From: the human T2T-CHM13v2.0 reference genome, Homo sapiens
Length of the DNA stretch: 64,000 nt
Direction: 5' to 3' (one strand)
Assembly: GCF_009914755.1 (NCBI RefSeq)
Contig: NC_060932.1
Under the pieces are notes generated by a model. It saw only the letters and a program-made list of their open reading frames with translations, did not search any database and had not been told where the DNA came from. Shown here piece after piece: positions 44,480 to 58,682 of this stretch; the stretch's first letter is position 1, and every line of letters starts with the position of its first letter. The position numbers and the translations under genes were made by a program.

Positions 44480-47385
44480 TCTAACAGTGTGAACATTCTT
44501 AAAAAAACTAAAAATAGAGCTACTATAAGACCCAGTAGTTCTGCTTCTGGGTATATATTCAAAGGAACTGAATGTAATATGTTGAAGGGATATCTGCACT
44601 TTCATTTTCATTGCAACACTATTCACAATAGCGAAGATATGCTGCTATTCCCTTCAATCTAAGTGCCCATCAATGGATGAATAAAGAATATGTGGTATAT
44701 ATACACAATGGAATACTATCAGTCTTAAAAGGCGGGGAAATCCCATCACTGAAATAGGATAGTGAATCTGGAGGAGGTAATGCTAAGTTAAATAAGCCAT
44801 ACACAGAAAGACAAATATTACAAAACCTGACTTACATGCAGAATCTAACAGAGTTGAACTCATAGAAGTAGAGAGTAGAATGATGGTTACCAGCTAGGGG
44901 GATGGGAGTGGGGATGGAAGGAATGAAGACTTGTTGATCAATGGGTAAAAAGTTTCTGATAGATAGGAGGAATACGTTTTGAGATCTGTTGTATAGCAGG
45001 GTGACTACAGTAAATAATAATGTATTATATATTTCAAAATAAACAATAGATTAATTTTAAAATGTTTTACCATAAAAAAGATAGGTAACTGAGGTAATGG
45101 ATATGTTAATTAACTTGATTTATTCATGCCACATTGCATACATATATCAAAACAGCATACTGTACCTCCTAAATGTATACAATTACGATTTGTCAAAAAT
45201 ATTATGTTATTTAAAAATAATTTTTTTGCATTACCTCAACACAATAAAAGCCATACATGAAATGCCTATAGCTCACATTATGCTCAATCATAAAAAGCAG
45301 AAAGCTTTTTCTTTAAGATTGAATACAATACAGGATGATCACTTTCACCACTACTGTTCAACATAGCACTGGAAGTCCCGGTCAGAGCAATTAGGCAAGA
45401 AAAAGAAATAAAAGGCATCCAAATCAGAAAGGAAGAAGTTAAACTGATCCTATTTGCAAACTATATGATCCTATATATGGAATGCCCTGAAGACTCCACC
45501 AAAAAGGTGTTGGAACTAATAAATTAGTTAAGCAAAGTTTTAGGATACAAAATAAATGTGCAAAAATCAGTAGCACTTCTATACAATAATGCTAAACTAC
45601 CCCCCACCCACCAAATTACAGAAACAATCTTACTTACAATAGCTACAAAAAATGAAATAGTTAGGAATAAATTTAACAAAGGAGGTAAATGACCTGAACA
45701 CTGAAAACTGTAAAACATTAATGAAAGGAAATGCAAGAGACATAAATAAATTAAAAGGTATCTTGCGCTCATGGACTGGAAAAAACACTACTATTAAAAT
45801 GTTCATACTAACCAAAGTAATCTACAGATTCAAAGAAGTCTCCATCAAAATTTCAATGACATTTCTCACAGAAATAATAAATTAACCCTAAAGTTCACAG
45901 GGAACCATAAAATAAAATCCCAATAGCCAAAACAATCTTGAGCAAAAAAAGTACAAATCTTGAGCAAAAAGAACAGTAATCACAAGCCCTAATTTTAAAA
46001 CATGTTATAATGTAATTGTAATCAAAATAGCATGGTACTGGCATAAAAACATACACATAGACCAATGGAACAGGAGAGAGAACAAAAAATCTTTGGAAAA
46101 GGTGCTCTCTTCAATAAATGCTGTTGAGACAACTGGTATCCACTTGTATCCATTTGTATCTGAAACCGTATATACAAATTATCTCAAAAGGATTAGAGAT
46201 TTAAATGTAAAACCTGAAAATGTAAAACTACTAGAAGAAAAGATCAGGAAAAAGCTCTATGACCCTGGTTTGGGCAATGATGTTTTGGAAATGACCCTAA
46301 AAGCACAGACACAAAAGCAAAAACAGACAAATGGGATGGCATCAAACTAAAAAGCTTCTATTCAGCCAAGGAAACAATCAACAGAGCTAAGAGACAATCT
46401 ACATTCAGAGAAAATATTTGCAAGCCATACATCTGATAAGGGATTAATCTCCAAAATATATAAGAAGCCCAAACAACTTAATAGTAAGAAAATAAACAAT
46501 TGTAAAATGGGCAAAGCATCTGAATAGACATTTCTCAACAGAAGGCACACAAATGGCCAATAGGTATATAGAGAAATGCTCAACATCACTAATCGTCAGG
46601 AAAACACAAATAAATGAGACATTTGCATGATGAGATATCACCTCATACCTGTGAGAATGGCTATTTTCAAAAAGATGAACGATATCAAGTGTTGACAAGG
46701 ATATGGAGAAAAGGGAACCTGTGTACCTTGCTGGTGGGAAATTTAATTAGTGTAGCCATTATGAAAAATAGTATGGAGATTCCTCAAAAAAATAAAAGTA
46801 GAACTATGATATAATCTAGAAATTCCACAACTGGGTATATTACATATTATACACAATAGCCAAAATGTAGAATCAACCTGTGTCCATCAAAAGATAAATA
46901 GATAAATAGAATGTGGTATATATACACAATGGAATATGATTTGTCTTTTTAAAAGAAGGAAATTCTGTGATTTGTGATGACATAGATGAATTTGGAAGAC
47001 ATTATGTTAAATGAAATAAGCCGGACACAGAAAGACAAAAAGACTACATGATCTCAGTTATGTGGAGAATCTACAAAAGTTGAAATCATAGAAGTAGAGG
47101 GTAGAATGGTGTTTACCAGAGGCTTGGGGAAGCGAGTGGATAGGGAAAGAGAAATGTTGATCAAAGTAAACAAAGTTACATTTAGATATTATACATTATG
47201 TACTTAAAAATTGCTAAGAAGTAGGTTTTAAGTGTTTTGCCACAAAATGATAAATATTTGAGTTCATAAATGTGTTCATTAGCTTGATATAATCATTCCA
47301 CTATGTAAATGTGCATCAAAATGCCATATTTTCCCCATAAATATATGATTATTTGTCAAATAAAAATAAAATTAGAAAAACATTT
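44480..47385 (+). mobile_element. Two consecutive old L1 3' portions (L1MA-like; boundary ~45210)
   Basis: 3' UTR at 44480-45200. ORF2 C-terminus and a second 3' UTR at 45230-47385. Confidence 0.85.
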
Positions 47386-49119
47386 CCTTATGTTTTTAAA
47401 TGTCTAAAATCGTTTTTCTTTAGATTACATACACAAATAATAGCTTAATCAGAAAACAAGTTATATGAAGCTAAGGCAGGCAACATAGAGCACAGTATAT
47501 AATATTCTGAGTGTTTCATATACCTGACAAAAAATTGAACCTTGTAACATAAATCTGATGAATAAATTGGACTTTATTGGACATCTTTAACCCTAACCAC
47601 CTTCTGTCACATCCATTATTTTATTATTTGTTTTCCTTCTATCCTCTTGCCTAAAGTCTCACTACTCTTTGATTCTTACCACTATTAAAGCATTCAGACT
47701 TGGTTAATATCTAAAAAAAATTTAGTACTTTTTCCAATAATTTTGGCAAAAAGAAAGAATAGAAGGGAGTGCCTTAAGAAGCACTAGCTTTCCCGCCAAC
47801 CAACATGTTTCTGGTGGTGTCAGTTATTTATTGAGGAAGTCCTGTGTATCCGGCATGACATTTGTTAGAGAACGTTCCCCAACTTCTTTCGTCTCTTCCA
47901 AATCCGATCCCGAGAAAGCCTGTGAGGCTCGTTTCTCTATTTTAACATTGCAGAATTAAGAGAGTGAGTCAAACAAGATAGCATGGAAGAGGTGGGATAA
48001 ATGGAGAGAAGTTGCCCATGAGTGTTGCATAGTAAAGAGCCGTGGGATGTGGGAATGGGCACAGACTAGATCAAAGGTCATTTAGGCCCAGAATTTGAGA
48101 ATGTGATTTGGGTTCATGTGATGTGTGGGGAGACTCTGAAACAGTCAGAGAATGAGAACAAGTCAGAAAATGGAAGACGTGAATTTTTAATTGCAGCTCT
48201 GAGTTATGAATTGGATCCCTTTGAGAGATGAAAGCAGAGAATGAATTTCTTTTTAACAGTTGCATAATTCTTTGAGTAAAATTCCCATTAGTTATTTCAA
48301 ATGGCTATATCAGGTAAGAATGAAAAGAGAGGACTAATATTCCCTTGACTCTGAGTTTCTAGGGTTTCATATCTGTTATCTAAATATTTGTTACACAGCA
48401 TGACTTAAGGTTTGGAAAATGAAGAACCTCTTGTGAAAGGATAAATTCGATACCCTCTCTCAATTTTTTTCAGCACAGCGGCCACATCAGTCAACTTTAC
48501 TGTCATTTCTCCCACTTAATGCCAAAGGATAGAAGTTTTTCTTCATGCTTGGATTGATAAAACTGGTCCACTTTGTAACAATGTCTTTCTGGGCTACAGC
48601 CAAACACATGAAAGTATCAGTGTCCTTTGATGGTGGTCAATCTCTCTCCTCGCTAAGGTGCACTAACAGTGTGTCATTTCTAGTCTCTCCAGGCTGCAGT
48701 GACCAAGCCTTATCCCCATATTCTCATTGCTCTGGACACCAAGCAAGCCCAGGAGTAAACGTAGAACCCAGTTTGCTGCCCAGCTTTCCAAAGACCCTAA
48801 AGTCACTGTTCTTCCCTCCACCCACCCTGGCTATTTAGTTTATTCATGAGTGTGGAAATTAACCAGCATTTCCTTCTCAAAATTCTAAATATGAAGTATT
48901 TTATTAAACCCTTTCTTTACAAAATGGACTATTTGTCTTGTTCTCTTCTAAACTAGAATTCGTCAATATTTTTTGGGATTATCAAAATAACTTTTTCTGA
49001 AGCAGAACAAAAAAAATGCCACAAATCAAATCTTTAGCTGAGCAATCGGTTACATTATATTCGTATTCTTTCTGTACCATTTTACTCATTCACTAATTTT
49101 TTTAAATTAATCTTTGAAT

Positions 49120-50060
49120 TTCTATTTCTGCCTGAAATGTAAAAAGCTGGGAAGAGTGTCACTTCCACACCAAAACTGAGAAAAAGTCAGATGAACTACA
49201 AAATCGTAACTTTTATTGAGCCAATGAGAGAGCCGAGTTTGTTGGTAAACCAAATAGCTAAATGACCAGGAGGAAAAGGAATCTTAAGCAGAGATTATAT
49301 CTGCAGACTGGTTCACCTGTGGCAGAACATGGAGGGCAAGTGGGTAAGAGGAAATTAGTTACACATTTAACTAATTGTTGGAAGCCAGGTGTGGGCTGGC
49401 TTATCAATCTTTAACGGCTGGTGCCCCCATACGCAGGGTAGTCCATCCTCATTGTATGCTCTTTTCCACAGGTTTTCAACAGGTGCTCATCAAAAAGATT
49501 ATGATTAGGGTGGAAGACTGGAAATAGCCCTCCTCAGTAGGGTAAACGCACAGGAGTGGATAGGTGGTTCCAACAGGAAATGCACAAACATGTAACTTCT
49601 GCCTAAGACCTTCTCTCCCACGGAGAAAAAGTACTAAACCCTTGGAAGAAGGCAGAAAGCATTATCCTCAGAATAAAGTTAAAGGAAAATTTATTGCAGC
49701 TTGGGAAAGGGTGGAAGAGAAACTCATTAGTCCCCCAGGGAAGGAACAAGAAACCATACTGAATTTAGAATGCATACAGATGGAAAGAGTGTTGCTCACA
49801 CACTAAAATGAGAAGAAGCCATGTAAACTATAAAACCATTATTTTTTTTACACCCTACCAATACCATTACAGGTCTGTTCCCATCTGGGGAAGGGCAGAA
49901 AAACTTCCACTCAAGGCCAACTGCAAATATAAGGCAGAGTTAATCTGTTATGGGGAGAAGCAGACAATGGACAAAAAAGCCAAGAAAGCCCCACCCCATG
50001 GCCGGGCAAACAGGGCCTTCCTAAGACTGAGACTGGACTAGGACATCAGAGAATCTCCCT
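49120..50060 (+). mobile_element. Possible old L1 5' region
   Basis: aaaagctgggaagagtgtcacttcc...aactacaaaatcgtaactttt resembles L1M4/MC 5' ends. Confidence 0.4.
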
Positions 50061-50063
50061 GCC

Positions 50064-50066
50064 TGT

Positions 50067-50110
<44 letters not shown>
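50064..50110. repeat. (TG)n microsatellite
   Basis: Seen directly. Confidence 0.97.
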
Positions 50111-50112
<2 letters not shown>

Positions 50113-52279
50113 TTGTGTTAAGAAGGTCTACTCTTCCTCATGGTCATTACCACATTCTTGTACAATTTCTTTAATTATCCTTTATAGAGATTTTGATGTT
50201 TAGATGTTTAATCCATCTAGATTCTATTTGGGAGAAGGATAGTGAGATGGGATATAATTTTTTTTTTCAGATGGATAGTCAGTTTTCTCAATTGTCTCAA
50301 ATGATTTTATTAAATATCTTGTCCTACTTTCCTTACTAATTCAAGATGCTACCATTTAATACATTCTATTATGATTGAGTTTTTATTATTCCTCAGAGAC
50401 CATAGAGGAGTGGGGTGGCTGAGGAGTGGTGGGAAGATAGACAAAACATGCTGCAGAGTCTTACCCTCCAGAGGCTTTTCCGTGAATTTAGGGGATACAA
50501 CCAATCTTTTTAACTTCCTATTTTCGATTCTACTTAGCTTGTGTATAGTAATGCCGATGCTATGTTCCATATACTTTCCTAAATATTTTTCATGAATTCT
50601 CTTAATTATTCTCACTACATCTTTATAAGGTAATGATTACTATCAATCCTTTTCCCAGATTAAATTTAGCAGGGTTGAATAACTTGCCAAGGTCACATAG
50701 ATGGAAACTGGCAGAACCAATGAAACCAGGTTTCTTTCACTCCAAAGCTCTTAATAATTCAGTAAAGCCTTGTTAGTCAATGCAGTTATATCCTGTCTGA
50801 TCTAATATTAGTTTTAAATAGAATATAAGTTTCAGATGCTTGAATTATTTCTTAGTGTCAGTAGAGAACATACATGACTCTGGATCTTGTTTGAAATATT
50901 TTCTCTCTTCAGACTTAAAGACTTATTCATTTTTATGTTTTTTATTTTTTATTTTCATTGTGTTGATGAAGATCTGGTTAGTTACTACCTGCAACTTACT
51001 GTAAGAAAAGCTTTGCCGAGATTAAGTTTCTTACTTTTTAATCTTGCTTATTCTTTCTCCTCACAGTCAATGCAAAAAAAAAAAAAAAAAAAAGGATACT
51101 ATCAGCCTAAACTCTGTAGCATGACTTCTATGATTAAATTTTCCCTTCCTTCTGCACGTCTCTGTTTCTTAGCATCTTGCACTTTGAAATTTGGCATTCT
51201 TAGACCAATAAACATTTACATAAAAAGATGTCTGAAATATATTCCATGAGATAAAAGTTACAGCATTGTGTGTATGCACACACACACACAAACACATTCA
51301 CAGTATTATTTTGCTTATCTTTGAAATTTCCACAACTAAATTTAATTACTTTCATAAGTAAAAAGAAAACGTGAACTACTTTCTATTTACTTTTTATTTA
51401 TTCTATTATTTACATCAAGTGGTTGTGGTAAAAAATGTTTCTTGCTATTTATATTAGAGATGGTTCTAGTGGTCTTTCTACTCACTGTTAAGTATGCCTT
51501 TGATTTCTTTATAAGTACTATACCTACCCATCAAGCCAATTTATTATACCTTAAAATACATATAAACAGAACGTAACTAATACAACCATTTTTATTAATT
51601 TTACTCAAACCTATGTACATCTTACTGGGTGGGCTGTGAATGGCACTATGGATGCCTCCAGGAGCTCTGGGCGGCTGTTCCAGATAATTCTTCTCCAGCT
51701 TCTCAAATACAAAAATGTACTTTATCCATTGCAGCTCTTATCATTTCCTTGAAAAAATTGGCTCCCATTTCTAACTTTCCTATTTTTTAACAATAGCATT
51801 ATTACTCTTTTAGACAGCCAGGCTTAAACTTTGGCATTGTCTATGAATGTTGGGGATAAAGCATAGGAATGTATCAAGTTTTCTTTTCACCTGTCTCATA
51901 TCTTTTTTCTCTCTTCGTCCTCACTGTGTAGTTAAGCAGTTCTCCATCTTCTTCCTTGACTTTTTGAACATTTTGGAGCTGTTTTGACTATAATCTCTCC
52001 CGTTTCCAATCTTCCCAATAACTTTAACGCCTTATTTCCTACCAAACACTATTTTTATTCTATGATTGTCACACACAATTTTATTATCCTCTAATTTCTG
52101 AACTCACCCACCCTCTCCAACATTTTTGACTCTCTCCCAAACTGCATCCTCAGCTCTAGAGAGGTTTGTTTACAGTAATTCTCACAAGGTCAGTTTGTTC
52201 CTTCTCAAGACAGTCCTAACTTCATGTTTCCTGTTGTGCTTCATTCTGGGAGATGGAGGATGGATACTCAGTATCCCCC

Positions 52280-52849
52280 TGCTGGGGCTCAGAAACTGAT
52301 ACCCCAAATATGGCGCTTCGCTATGCTGGACTGAAGAAGCCTCAAGGTCTCTCTGAATGCTCCCGCCCCCTGCCTCTCCATCTCTCTCTCAGTCCCTTGT
52401 CTCTCTCCTAGAGCAGGATGAAGTTGTTCTCAAAGTTCTTGATCTGCCTCAAGTCTGGACCCACCAAAGAAGAAAACAATTACTTCTGGTCCCTTACCTA
52501 AGTTTTCACTGACTGAACTCCTATCACAGGAAGACTGAAGTCTGTCCACACACTTGGATAGACTTTCGTCACAAACCATTGTCTGATCTGTGGGCCCCGA
52601 CTTTCTCCCAGGCCATTGTATGTTCTCTAAGCCCACTGAATTCTCTAGAAAACATTTATTATCCTCCTAAAATTATGTACACCTCCCCTTTTTCCTTTCC
52701 CCTAAGAGTATAGAAGAATCTCTACTCCATTGCGTTGAGGGTTAATCTCTCTGACATGTATGTCTTTTTTCCTATTAACCTCCCTTTTGTCAGTTAATTT
52801 TCAGCAAATATTCAGAGGGTGAAGGAAAAGTTTTCCCTTTGCCCCTTCG
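52280..52849 (+). mobile_element. ERV1 5' LTR (MER39/MER4-group-like)
   Basis: Starts tgctggggctcagaaactgataccccaaatatggcgc, ends gttttccctttgccccttcg. Followed by a PBS-like sequence. Confidence 0.75.
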
Positions 52850-55800
52850 GTTTTGATGCCGAGAGCAGGCTGCCAAAGCCTCTCTGCTCTTCTGGAAGCT
52901 GCAGTCAAGGGAGCCCGATGCCGGAAAGTCTGGCAAAATGGCAAGCATTTCTTACCAGGCAGGCTTCCGGTTTCTGTGGAATTCCATTGGGTAGACAGTA
53001 AAAACCTCAACTTGTCACCTTTTCCTCTCCAAACTGTTGATTTATGGCAGGAAAACATTTATATTACTAGTCCTAGGTGTAGTGACTCTCGTGTACTTTT
53101 GATATATTTATATTGTTCGATCCTTTTCCTTCCAAAAACAGTTCTTTCCTTTTTCTTTGTCTTCCTGTATCATTTTTTTTCATAAGAGGGGTATAATAGG
53201 GTAGAACATGGGTCTAAAACCCTGATAAACCCATTATTCAAACTAGCTCTGCAGACTGGTGAGTTTTGCAGTTTTCAGCAAACAATTGTCTATTTAGGAA
53301 AACTTTGCAATGGGTCCCCGAAATAAGAAACTGAATGAGGTTTTCCTCTCGCCTTATGTCCTTGAGAGCTTAACTTATGATGAAGTAGGAGCAGCCTCTC
53401 GTTCACCACGTGAGGAAACAGGGGAGAAAATGATCAGGTCACATCCAGTGGTCCACCTGAAAAAAGCCTGGGAACCCAAGACATGCCAAATTTTAAGCAG
53501 CACACTCTGTTCTGAACATGGCAAGCTCTGAGGGGCGGTTGTCTTAATAAGTCCTATCTATAAAGGGCTTTTATCATTTCAACTCTTGTTGCCTGGTTAG
53601 TCCTAGAAAAATCCAATCACAAGAGGGTCTTCCCAGTGTCACAGATTAACAGGTCTCATACTGGCAGTACTCTACAAATTTGTGGGATACTGGAGGATGC
53701 ACAGACACCCATCCTTAACTGTCTGAGGCAGCAAGAGTCTTTTGCTTTCTTAGCCTATTCCCGGCAGGAAAATTTTTTTGGCATCACTGGGACTGCCTCT
53801 TCTATGCCCTCTCCAAAACACTTCTTGCTTGTATGGTAAAACTTACTCTAAACCTGGAAAATTACCTCCTGGGCTTTCCATGAAGAGGCTTATTGGATTG
53901 AGTCACTATTGGAACAAGGGCACCCTTGGAAATTCTAATTATCAGGGGCCAAGAGATGAATCCTTTAAATTAGAAAGATCTCTAAATTAAAAAATCAAAG
54001 ATGTGTAGAGAGCTCTCTCAACAATTACCTCATTTATATTTATGGAAGGAGCAAATTAAAAGAAAGACACATGTTGATGTCATGGCTAGCCTTAGAAATT
54101 AGCCTACTGACTAAATTAAAGAGCAAAAAATCTGACCTGAAGCAAAGTTAAAATCCTTTAAATGCTCAAATGCTGGCTTTGGATCCTCTGTGGGATTTAC
54201 TACAAAGGCACTTGATCCTATAGCCCAGTGATTAGGATTCTTTGCTTTTACTACCATGACCTGGGTTCAATACCCAGTCAGGGAATCAATCCCTTGGAGG
54301 TGTAACTCCTTTAACTCAAAAGAAGAATTGCTTTGATATTTGTGTGGCTCTTGACTTTTTGGAGTACCCATTTGTTATTGATCCTTTCACCTTCCACGGA
54401 CAGCTTTTGATTTCCTGTCTCACTGACTGTCTCTTTTAATCTTCTACAGATAGGGCACACTAGAAGGTCAGCTTCTGTGTGCAGTCAGCTGGGAAGAATG
54501 TGGCCTGGAAAATATGGCCAGACAAAAATGTGGGTTGTGCCCACTGGTGGTGAGTGAAACTTTCCTTTCTCTGAGCTGCCTTTGGGATGGCTCTGGATCT
54601 TGAGGGAAATGCCTTGCATCTCTTTGGAGATATCTTACATGTTCTTAATTTAGTTGGTTCTGAGTCATTCTGAAGGTTCAAAAGTCAGGGATACTGTCTG
54701 TTTGTCCTAGTGAAAGCCTGGTAATAAGAGATTTGTATAAAAAGCTTTTTTAAGAGCTCCACAATCAGAAATCAGCTTAATTAAAAGCTGATATTCAGGC
54801 TGTAATTTTTTTTTTGTACAAAAGGTCTTTCTGCTTTTTCTCTTTTGGATCCTGTTACTCCTCTGGGAATTTTTTTTCAGGTGAATGAAACCCTCTTTTA
54901 ATTATACGTTTGGTCCTTCTGTTCACATCCTTTCCTGTTGGCATGATTTGTGCTGAGAAAAAAAAGGTAAGATTTCATTGGCCTTTTGGAAAACTTAAAA
55001 TCTCTCCAAACTGGTTCCGCCTAAGACCTATTCTTCCATTTCCTTCCACTTCTCCTCCTCCTTTCTTTTTGCCATCTTTGATATCACATGGAGGAATCGA
55101 AAAGGGACCTCTAGAGACTCTGATTCCTCTTGAGGAACACAGTCAAGGTACCAACGACCACTTTTGGGTCTCGTGTTTTTCTCATGGACACCCAAGGGTC
55201 ATGAGTGGTTTCTCTCAGGTCTCAAACCTCTATTCTCTTTTGCATTGAGTTCCCTGATCTCTTGGGCTTTTGAAGGTACCAGGAATTACTTTGTGCTGTG
55301 AGACAGCACTCTCCTTTGGGTGTGCAATGGCTGACAAATCACCGGCAAGTGCTGTGGTTTTGGAGGCAGCTGACAGCAGTTACAGTAATGGTAATTACTG
55401 CAGGGGGGCTACTGGTTTCTTTGTATGTCTAGATTTAAAAGGTGCTGTTTGGATACTTGGAGGCTGTGGGAACACTTGGTATTAAGAGATTAGACTCCCA
55501 TGGGGGATGGGTTGATCACAGAGTGGGCTGATTAAGGTTGCATTGACCTTGCAGCAAGGTGCACTGTGGAAGTCCTCCATCGCCCCGCCCCATTACATTT
55601 CCCTCTTGGGCTTTTGCCTCAGCCCTGGACAAAGGAGTCAGTGTACATAGTCAGTGTACACTCTTCAGTCTGTACATAGGAGTCATTGTAAAAATTGATC
55701 CTTAATTTCTGGAGATCTAGGTGCTCTGCCTTCCAGCTGCACCTGCTTTTCACATATGTAAGTATTAGTTCCAGAAAAATGCAAGTGTTTTGCTGGCCCT

Positions 55801-55975
55801 ATTCCCTGATGAACTCCACCCTAAGATTAGTGGTCCAGTTGAAAAATGAAGAGTAAATTGGAAGCTACCTATGTAAATAAAATTAATCTCCTTATAGAAT
55901 CTCATGGTGAATTACCAAGATTTCATGTTACCTTAGCATCCACTTTTTAATCTTTCTCTAGCACACCAAAACCCC
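52850..55975 (+). mobile_element. ERV1 (MER4-group) internal leader/gag-region relic, 3'-truncated
   Basis: Follows the LTR. Degenerate PBS tgatgccgagagcaggct (52854-52871, 13/18 to the complement of a tRNA-Ser(CGA) 3' end as I recall it). No intact ORF. Confidence 0.65.
54216..54288 (+). pseudogene. Decayed tRNA-Glu-like copy inside ERV internal sequence
   Basis: ...agtgattaggattc...cctgggttcaatacccagtcagggaatca aligns to tRNA-Glu ...AGTGGTTAGGATTC...CCCGGGTTCGATTCCCGGTCAGGGAACCA. Confidence 0.7.
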
Positions 55976-58125
55976 TTATGAATGATTCTAGACAAGAGAT
56001 TCTCAAGGGCGGGAACTAGTGCCCATCATTAATGCAGCACTTGGAGGCCAAGGGAAGCACTGCATCTGTACTTCCTCCAGGCAGTAACTTCGGATATATT
56101 ATACCAGTATTTACAAGCTCAGATGTGCATACAGATTAGCTGTAGAACTTGTTAAAATGCAGATTCTGATTCCTTAGATCTTAGATGAGGCCTGAAAGTC
56201 AATGCTTCTGGTCCACAGATGACACACTTAAACACAAGACATTAGGGCATATGTGGTGCAAGGCAAATGAAAACAGCAAATTAAAAGAACCAAAAGGGAA
56301 CTGCTAAAGTCAGACATAACATAAAGACTACTAAAAATTCAAAATAAACGCAACAGAGGCCCAAGGGACCACCAACACAGCTTTGCATCAATAGCTTTAT
56401 TTCATTACAATTTTTATGTATTTGGTCAGGATAATTTGCCTTTGCAAGATCACTGGAATACAACAGGAAAATGAGAGTCACCCCCATTCTTCTACATGAC
56501 AAAAATAGCAGTAAAATGGAGAAGATGAGCTGATTGATTGTGTTCCAGAATAAGTCAGTTCCAAACAGCATCATCTAATACCATTCCCAGCTGCCCAAGA
56601 CAACAATTTATGAACATAGCACTTCAGCCATTGCTCCTGTCTGGTTCTGAATTAGATGCAGAGAGTGCTAAAATGGAAAATACTCTGGTCACCCTACCAC
56701 CTACAAGAGAACAAATGGAAATGCTTTCTGTTCCATAGTTCATTAAGAACTGAAGCTCCAGGTTGTGTTCCCTGGTTTTGGCTGAATTGGTCCTTTTTCT
56801 TTTTTTCAACATGACACCCCCACTGTGCTTAGTCATATTTCCTTGTGCAAAATCAAGTAATTCTTATGTTGTAGATAAAATTGTTCTCCAAAAATCTTGC
56901 CTCTTTTTGACTTGTCGCTTTTGCTTGCACTATTCTCTGTATATAAAATACTCATTACCGCCACCACTATCTCACTTCACGTGTCCAAACACCCTAGCAT
57001 TCCATGTCTGGGTTCAAGTGGAGTCTAGGAAGATACAATTCTTTAAAGCCACCATAAATCTCATCATAGAAATAATTCCTCCCACTTTCGAACACTTGTA
57101 ACCTTTGTTATATATATTACTGATCAGGGGATTTTTATTTTCAGCCTTTTATTATTATATGCTCATGCCTTATCTTTCCAACTAGATGGACCATTGCGTA
57201 AGGGCAAGAATCAGAGTTTGTATTTACTTCTTGGTATCCCCTGTGGTACCTGTTCATTGCAGAATCACTATCAATAAGTGCTATTTACTGTCTAATTACA
57301 TAGCGCATGGACTGAGTGCCTTGTGAAATCTTTTCTCCAAAATTTAAGTCTTCTTCTCTGTCCCAGCTGGAAGTCCAGCTGCCTGTAATGTCACTCCATA
57401 TTCTTCACTAATTTTCACTCATTCTTCAAGCCTTGCTTCCATTCTCATCTCTCCAAAGCCTTCCCAGCCCATCCCAGCCATCACTTTGCTTCCAATTCCT
57501 TACTCCATTTAAAGCTCACTGTCTGCATAATTTCTCTGGCATGTAAAACACACTGCCTTACAGTTTGCCCAACTTTTCCTTCATCTTACATCTTACCAGC
57601 ATCACTCAGTGCTATCACAGTACCCACAGAATGATGGATATTGTCCAGGGATAACCCAAAAATGCAATACTGAAAAAGCAGAAACTCTGGCTAGGCAATT
57701 TTGATACTCCAGTGAGTAGCAAGAAGTAGTGTTTCTTTCATTTTCCAGCTAATCTTCTATTGGTGGGTGTCTTAGTTCCTAAAATGAGGGCTAAAAATAT
57801 AAAAGTTGGGGTTTTTCAGTCATCAAATGAAGGAAAGCTGTAAAGTGAGGCTGGAAATATTAGTCTTACTGTAGTCTTCTCTGGTCAACATTCTTAGTTT
57901 ATGAATGTTAATTTTTCTGCTTGTAAGTAATATTACATAGTAACTTCTCAATTTATTCTAGGAAGATGAGGCATTTCTCTTTTAAAACAAACCTATCCAA
58001 TTCTAGGGGAAAGGGGCCAAAATCAGGGCTTCTCCTCATAATAGGATTAGACTCTGGGGAGATTTAAGAATAAATTCTGCGTTTGGGAGGGATGCTGAGA
58101 ATTAGGCACCAGAGGCTGGACTAGA

Positions 58126-58682
58126 GTAAGCAGACTTTTAAAATGTCTTCCAGTGATCCCCACCTCCTGGTATCAATGCCCTTGTATAATCGCCTCCTCT
58201 TGAATGTGGGATGGACCTGGTCTACTTCTTGTAATGAATAGAATACTAGCAAAAGTAAAGTCAGTTCCAAGGTTAGATTATAAAAGACTGTGACTCTTCT
58301 GCTCTCTCACTTGCTCAGGTTGATGAAGTCAGCTGTCATGTTTTAAGTTTCCCTATGCAGAGGCCTACATGGCAAGGAACTGAGGGAAGCTTCTCACCAA
58401 AGGCTGGAAACTGATTCCCTCTGTCCAACAACCTGTGAGGAATTCAGTTCTGCCAATGACCACATATGTGAGACTGGGAGTGGATCCTTCCCCAGTTGAG
58501 CCATGAGATAACTAGAGCCCCAGCTGGCCCTTTGACTACAACTTGTGAGAGGCTATGATGCAGAAGCTCCAGCTAAGCCACACCTGAATTCCTGACTTAC
58601 AGAAATTGCAAGGTAATAAGTGTTATTTTAAGCCATTGAGCTTTGGAGTAATTTGCTATGCTGCAGAATATATCTAATATAC
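58126..58682 (+). mobile_element. MLT1 (MaLR) solo LTR
   Basis: gatccccacctcctggtatc...ttgaatgtgggatggacc...taataagtgttattttaagccattgagctttggagtaatttgctatgc...taatata. Confidence 0.85.
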
